Below are positions 60,977 to 64,000 of a DNA stretch of 64,000 nt, piece by piece. Below the pieces are notes generated by a model, which did no database searches, was not told where the DNA came from, and saw only the letters and a program-made list of their open reading frames with translations. Position 1 is the first letter of the stretch; each line of letters opens with the position of its first letter. The stretch is from an uncultured Actinomycetes bacterium. GTDB taxonomy: Bacteria > Actinomycetota > Thermoleophilia > UBA2241. The DNA lies in contig CAVYCN010000004.1 in the NCBI GenBank assembly GCA_963767005.1, forward strand, positions 288,001-352,000, given 5' to 3'. A program made the position numbers and the translations under genes.

Positions 60977-61012
60977 GCGATCCGGCGCTTCCGCGATCCG
61001 GCGCTTCCGCGA
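60977..61012 (+). repeat. 16-bp tandem duplication upstream of rtcB
   Basis: GCGATCCGGCGCTTCC x2 plus GCGA. Confidence 0.85.
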
Positions 61013-61142
61013 CACGGGCACCTGGGCTGCCGGCGCCCTGGTCTCTCGCGCGCGGGCGCGTCGTGAAACAGCGCGAGGACGGGAAAGCGCGAGAACGGGC
61101 ACAACCGCGGCAGACGCTGTCCGGTGGATCGGCAGGTGGCCC

Positions 61143-62597
61143 ATGGAGGGCGTGAACGCCGGCGGACTTGAGATCCGCCGCCTCGATGAGTACGTGTGGG
61201 AGATCCCGGCGCAGGGCGACATGCGCGTGCCGGGGATCGTCTACGCCGGGGCCGAGCTCTTCGACCAGACCGGCTCCGACGAGGCGCTGCGGCAGGTGGC
61301 CAACGTGGCCACGCTGCCCGGTGTGCTGAAAGCCAGCTTCGCCATGCCCGACATCCACTGGGGGTACGGCCTTCCGATCGGCGGCGTGGCGGCGACCGAC
61401 GAGCGCGACGGCGTGGTCTCACCCGGCGGCGTCGGCTTCGACATCAACTGCGGCGTGCGGCTCGTGCGCACGAATCTGCGCCTGACCGACGTGGCGCCGC
61501 GGCTCGAGGAGCTGCTCCACGAGCTCGAGCGGCGGGTGCCGCGGGGCACCGGCGCCCGCGGGGCGCTGCGCCTGACCCCCCGCGATCTGCACCGCCTGGT
61601 CGAGGAGGGCGTGCCGTTCCTCGCGGAGCTGGGCCTGGCGACCGAGGACGACCTCGCCCACACCGAGGAGGGCGGCGCCGTGCCGGGCGCCGACCCCGAC
61701 ACAGTCACGCAGAAGGCGCTCGCTCGCGGCCTGCCCCAGGTGGGCAGCCTGGGCGCCGGCAACCACTTCCTCGAGGTGCAGGCCGTCGACGAGGTGGTCG
61801 ACGTCGAAGCTGCCGAGGCCTTCGGCGTCGCCGCCGGACAGGTCGTCGTCATGATCCACTCCGGTTCCCGCGGCTTCGGCCACCAGACCTGCACCGACCA
61901 CCTGGCGCGCATGAACGCACCCAACCGCTTCGGCTTCGAGTTGCCCGACCGGCAGCTCGCCTGCGCGCCGGTCGGCTCGCCCGAGGGGCGCGACTACCTG
62001 GCCGCCATGGCCTGCGCCTGCAACTTCGCCTTCGCCAACCGGCAGGTGATGATGAACGAGGTGCGCGGCGCGCTGGAACAGGTCTTCCGGGCGAGCCACG
62101 AGCGCCTGGGGGTCGAGCTCGTCTACGACGTGGCCCACAACATCGCCAAGCGCGAGACGCACGTGGTCGACGGGGTCGAGCGCGCCGTCCTCGTGCACCG
62201 CAAGGGGGCGACCCGGGCCTTCGGCCCGGGTCGCCCCGACGTGCCGGCCGACTATCGCAACGTCGGCCAGCCGGTGATCATCCCGGGCGACATGGGCCGC
62301 GAGAGCTGGCTGCTGGCCGGCACCGACACGGCCATGCGCGAGACGTTCGGCTCGACCTGCCACGGTGCCGGCCGCCTGCTGTCGCGCGGCGCGGCGCGCA
62401 AGGTACGCAGCGGGCCCGAGGTGCGCCGCGAGCTCGAAGAGCAGGGCATCCTGGTGCACGCCGCCTCGACCGGGCTGCTCGCCGAAGAGGCGCCGTACGC
62501 CTACAAGGACGTCGCCCGGGTAGTGGCCATCGTCGAGGCGGTCGGCCTGTCGCGGCGCGTGGCCCGCCTCAAGCCGCTCGGCGTGCTCAAGGGCTAG
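61143..62597 (+). CDS. rtcB: RNA-splicing/repair ligase RtcB (archaeal-type, archease-dependent)
   Basis: MPDIHWGYG.PIGG, GFDINCG, LGAGNHFLE, IHSGSRG, HNIAK, HRKGATR, HGAGR and EEAP.AYK. Confidence 0.96.
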   Translation: MEGVNAGGLEIRRLDEYVWEIPAQGDMRVPGIVYAGAELFDQTGSDEALRQVANVATLPGVLKASFAMPDIHWGYGLPIGGVAATDERDGVVSPGGVGFDINCGVRLVRTNLRLTDVAPRLEELLHELERRVPRGTGARGALRLTPRDLHRLVEEGVPFLAELGLATEDDLAHTEEGGAVPGADPDTVTQKALARGLPQVGSLGAGNHFLEVQAVDEVVDVEAAEAFGVAAGQVVVMIHSGSRGFGHQTCTDHLARMNAPNRFGFELPDRQLACAPVGSPEGRDYLAAMACACNFAFANRQVMMNEVRGALEQVFRASHERLGVELVYDVAHNIAKRETHVVDGVERAVLVHRKGATRAFGPGRPDVPADYRNVGQPVIIPGDMGRESWLLAGTDTAMRETFGSTCHGAGRLLSRGAARKVRSGPEVRRELEEQGILVHAASTGLLAEEAPYAYKDVARVVAIVEAVGLSRRVARLKPLGVLKG

Positions 62598-62661
62598 CAC
62601 GCGGCCGGCGAACGACTTCGTCGCCGGCTCTCAGGCAGGCGTGACCTCGTCGCGCGCCTCG

Positions 62662-63600
62662 TCAGGCGGCGCGCTCCCGAGTCTCGCCGGCCAGCCTGAG
62701 CTCGAGACCGGCGACCTCTTCGTAGAGGCGCACCGGCGACATCTCGCCGGCACCGTCGCCGAAGGCGGCCCGCGCCCGCCGGAACACCTGCTCGACCAGG
62801 GCGCTGAGCTCGACCGGCACGCCCTGGGCGCGCGCCAGGTCGACGGCGAGGCCGAGGTCCTTGCAGGCCAGGGCGACGGCGAAGCCGGGCTCGTAGTCGC
62901 CGTGACGCAGCAGCGGCAGCAGGTCGCGCTCGAGCAGCACGCTGTTCGCGGGGCTCGCGACGAGCGCGTCGTGGAGCACGGCCAGGTCGACGCCGGCGCG
63001 GGTCCCCACCGTCAGGACCTCGGTCACGGCGACGAGCGACGAGAACCAGAGCAGGTTGAGCAGGAGCTTCACGGTGTAGCCGGCCCCGTGGCCGCCGACG
63101 TGGCGGATGCCGGCGGGGTCACCGATCACCTCGAGGACCGGACGGACCCGCTCGAGGTCGTCCGCCTCGCCGCCCACGTAGATCGAGAGCGTGCCGGCAG
63201 CGGCACCCTTGCTCATGCCCGCGACGGGCGCGTCGAGCGTGCGGATGCCGCGCGCCGCGGCGCGGGAGCGCACCTGTTCGGCCACCGCCGGCGTCGACGT
63301 CGACAGGTCGACCCAGAGGGCACTGGCGGGCAGCGCCTCGAGCACGCGGCCCTCGCCGAGCAGGACGTCGGCGACCGCGGCGGGCGTGGGCAGGCTCGTG
63401 AGCAGCACCTCGGCGCCGCCGGCCGCGGCCGCGGCGGAGCGCGCACCACGCGCGCCGGCCGCGACGACCGGCGCCATCCGCCGCGCGTCGATGTCGAACA
63501 CGGTGAGGTCGAAGCCGGCCTGCGCGAGCCGCCGGCTCATGTGGCCGCCCATGCTGCCGAGGCCGACGAAGGCGAGGCGGCTGGTCGTGGCGCCGCTCAT
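62662..63600 (-). CDS. NAD(P)-dependent beta-hydroxyacid dehydrogenase (3-hydroxyisobutyrate dehydrogenase family)
   Basis: FVGLGSMG, DLST, LDAPV, GAG...KL..N and KDL.LA. Confidence 0.9.
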   Translation of the reverse strand: MSGATTSRLAFVGLGSMGGHMSRRLAQAGFDLTVFDIDARRMAPVVAAGARGARSAAAAAGGAEVLLTSLPTPAAVADVLLGEGRVLEALPASALWVDLSTSTPAVAEQVRSRAAARGIRTLDAPVAGMSKGAAAGTLSIYVGGEADDLERVRPVLEVIGDPAGIRHVGGHGAGYTVKLLLNLLWFSSLVAVTEVLTVGTRAGVDLAVLHDALVASPANSVLLERDLLPLLRHGDYEPGFAVALACKDLGLAVDLARAQGVPVELSALVEQVFRRARAAFGDGAGEMSPVRLYEEVAGLELRLAGETRERAA

Positions 63601-64000
63601 GAGCGGCGGAAGAACGGGTTGACGGGTGTCTCGCCGGCGGCGAGGACGTCGTCGAGCGCCGGGAGCCCGGCGCTCGCGTTGCGCAGCGCGGCGAGCGTGG
63701 CCGCGCGGTTGTTGCGGTAGACGGCCTCCTCGTCGCTCGCAGCCGGGTTTACCCAGACGGCGGCGATCAGCAGCAGGTCGTCGGCGGCCGTGCGGGCGAT
63801 CGCGCCCTCGGCCACGGCGTCGGCGACGCCCCCGGCGACGCCGGCCTGCGCGGCGCCCCAGGTGAGGTCGCCGTGGCGCTCCGAGCCGATGGCCGCCTTG
63901 TTGACGAACAGGGTGAGCGGCTTGACGGCCAGGCCCGGCCGCACGACCGCCACGAACGGCACATGGCCGGCCCGGGGCGTGGCGAGCGCCGTCGCCCAGG
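63597..64000 (-). CDS. fae: Formaldehyde-activating enzyme homologue (5'-truncated by window end)
   Basis: ATPRAGHVPFVAV..P...VKP.TLFVNK, WGAAQAGVA.GVADAV..G.I, LIAAVWV and VYRNNR.AT. Confidence 0.8.
   Translation of the reverse strand, partial: WATALATPRAGHVPFVAVVRPGLAVKPLTLFVNKAAIGSERHGDLTWGAAQAGVAGGVADAVAEGAIARTAADDLLLIAAVWVNPAASDEEAVYRNNRAATLAALRNASAGLPALDDVLAAGETPVNPFFRRS

Overview
Very high-GC bacterial chromosomal window. Gene content, leaderless-type promoters and an actinobacterial Fae homologue suggest Actinomycetota, possibly Thermoleophilia-like (inference only). Layout: (1) 1-2.7 kb metal-homeostasis block (partial ArsR/SmtB-like regulator with an SmtB/CzrA-type operator, mntH, USP, HAD). 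(2) 2.8-21.1 kb phosphate-starvation island with phoB-phoR, pstSCAB-phoU, a second non-lipoprotein PstS, an IPT/TIG protein, a secreted metallophosphoesterase, a PHP-fold protein lacking most metal ligands, a nucleotidyltransferase-like protein and two peptidoglycan hydrolases. Nearly every transcription unit in this island has GCT(C/A)AC-like hexamers at 11-bp periodicity ending exactly 10 bp before a -10 hexamer, i.e. a readable Pho-type regulon that includes cell-wall lytic enzymes. (3) SpoIID and NlpC/P60 hydrolases, rmlACDB, orphan ABC substrate-binding protein, HNH, rarA, a long acidic tandem-repeat protein, a degenerate M28 membrane protein, and trpB2 preceded by an unannotated Trp leader peptide. 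(4) A 39.7-58.7 kb surface-polysaccharide cluster interrupted by unrelated genes and a duplicated deacetylase fragment. (5) dedA, a homoserine kinase-archease fusion, rtcB, a beta-hydroxyacid dehydrogenase and a partial fae. No rRNA, tRNA, CRISPR array or transposase was recognised. A few single-base indels suggest possible sequencing error.
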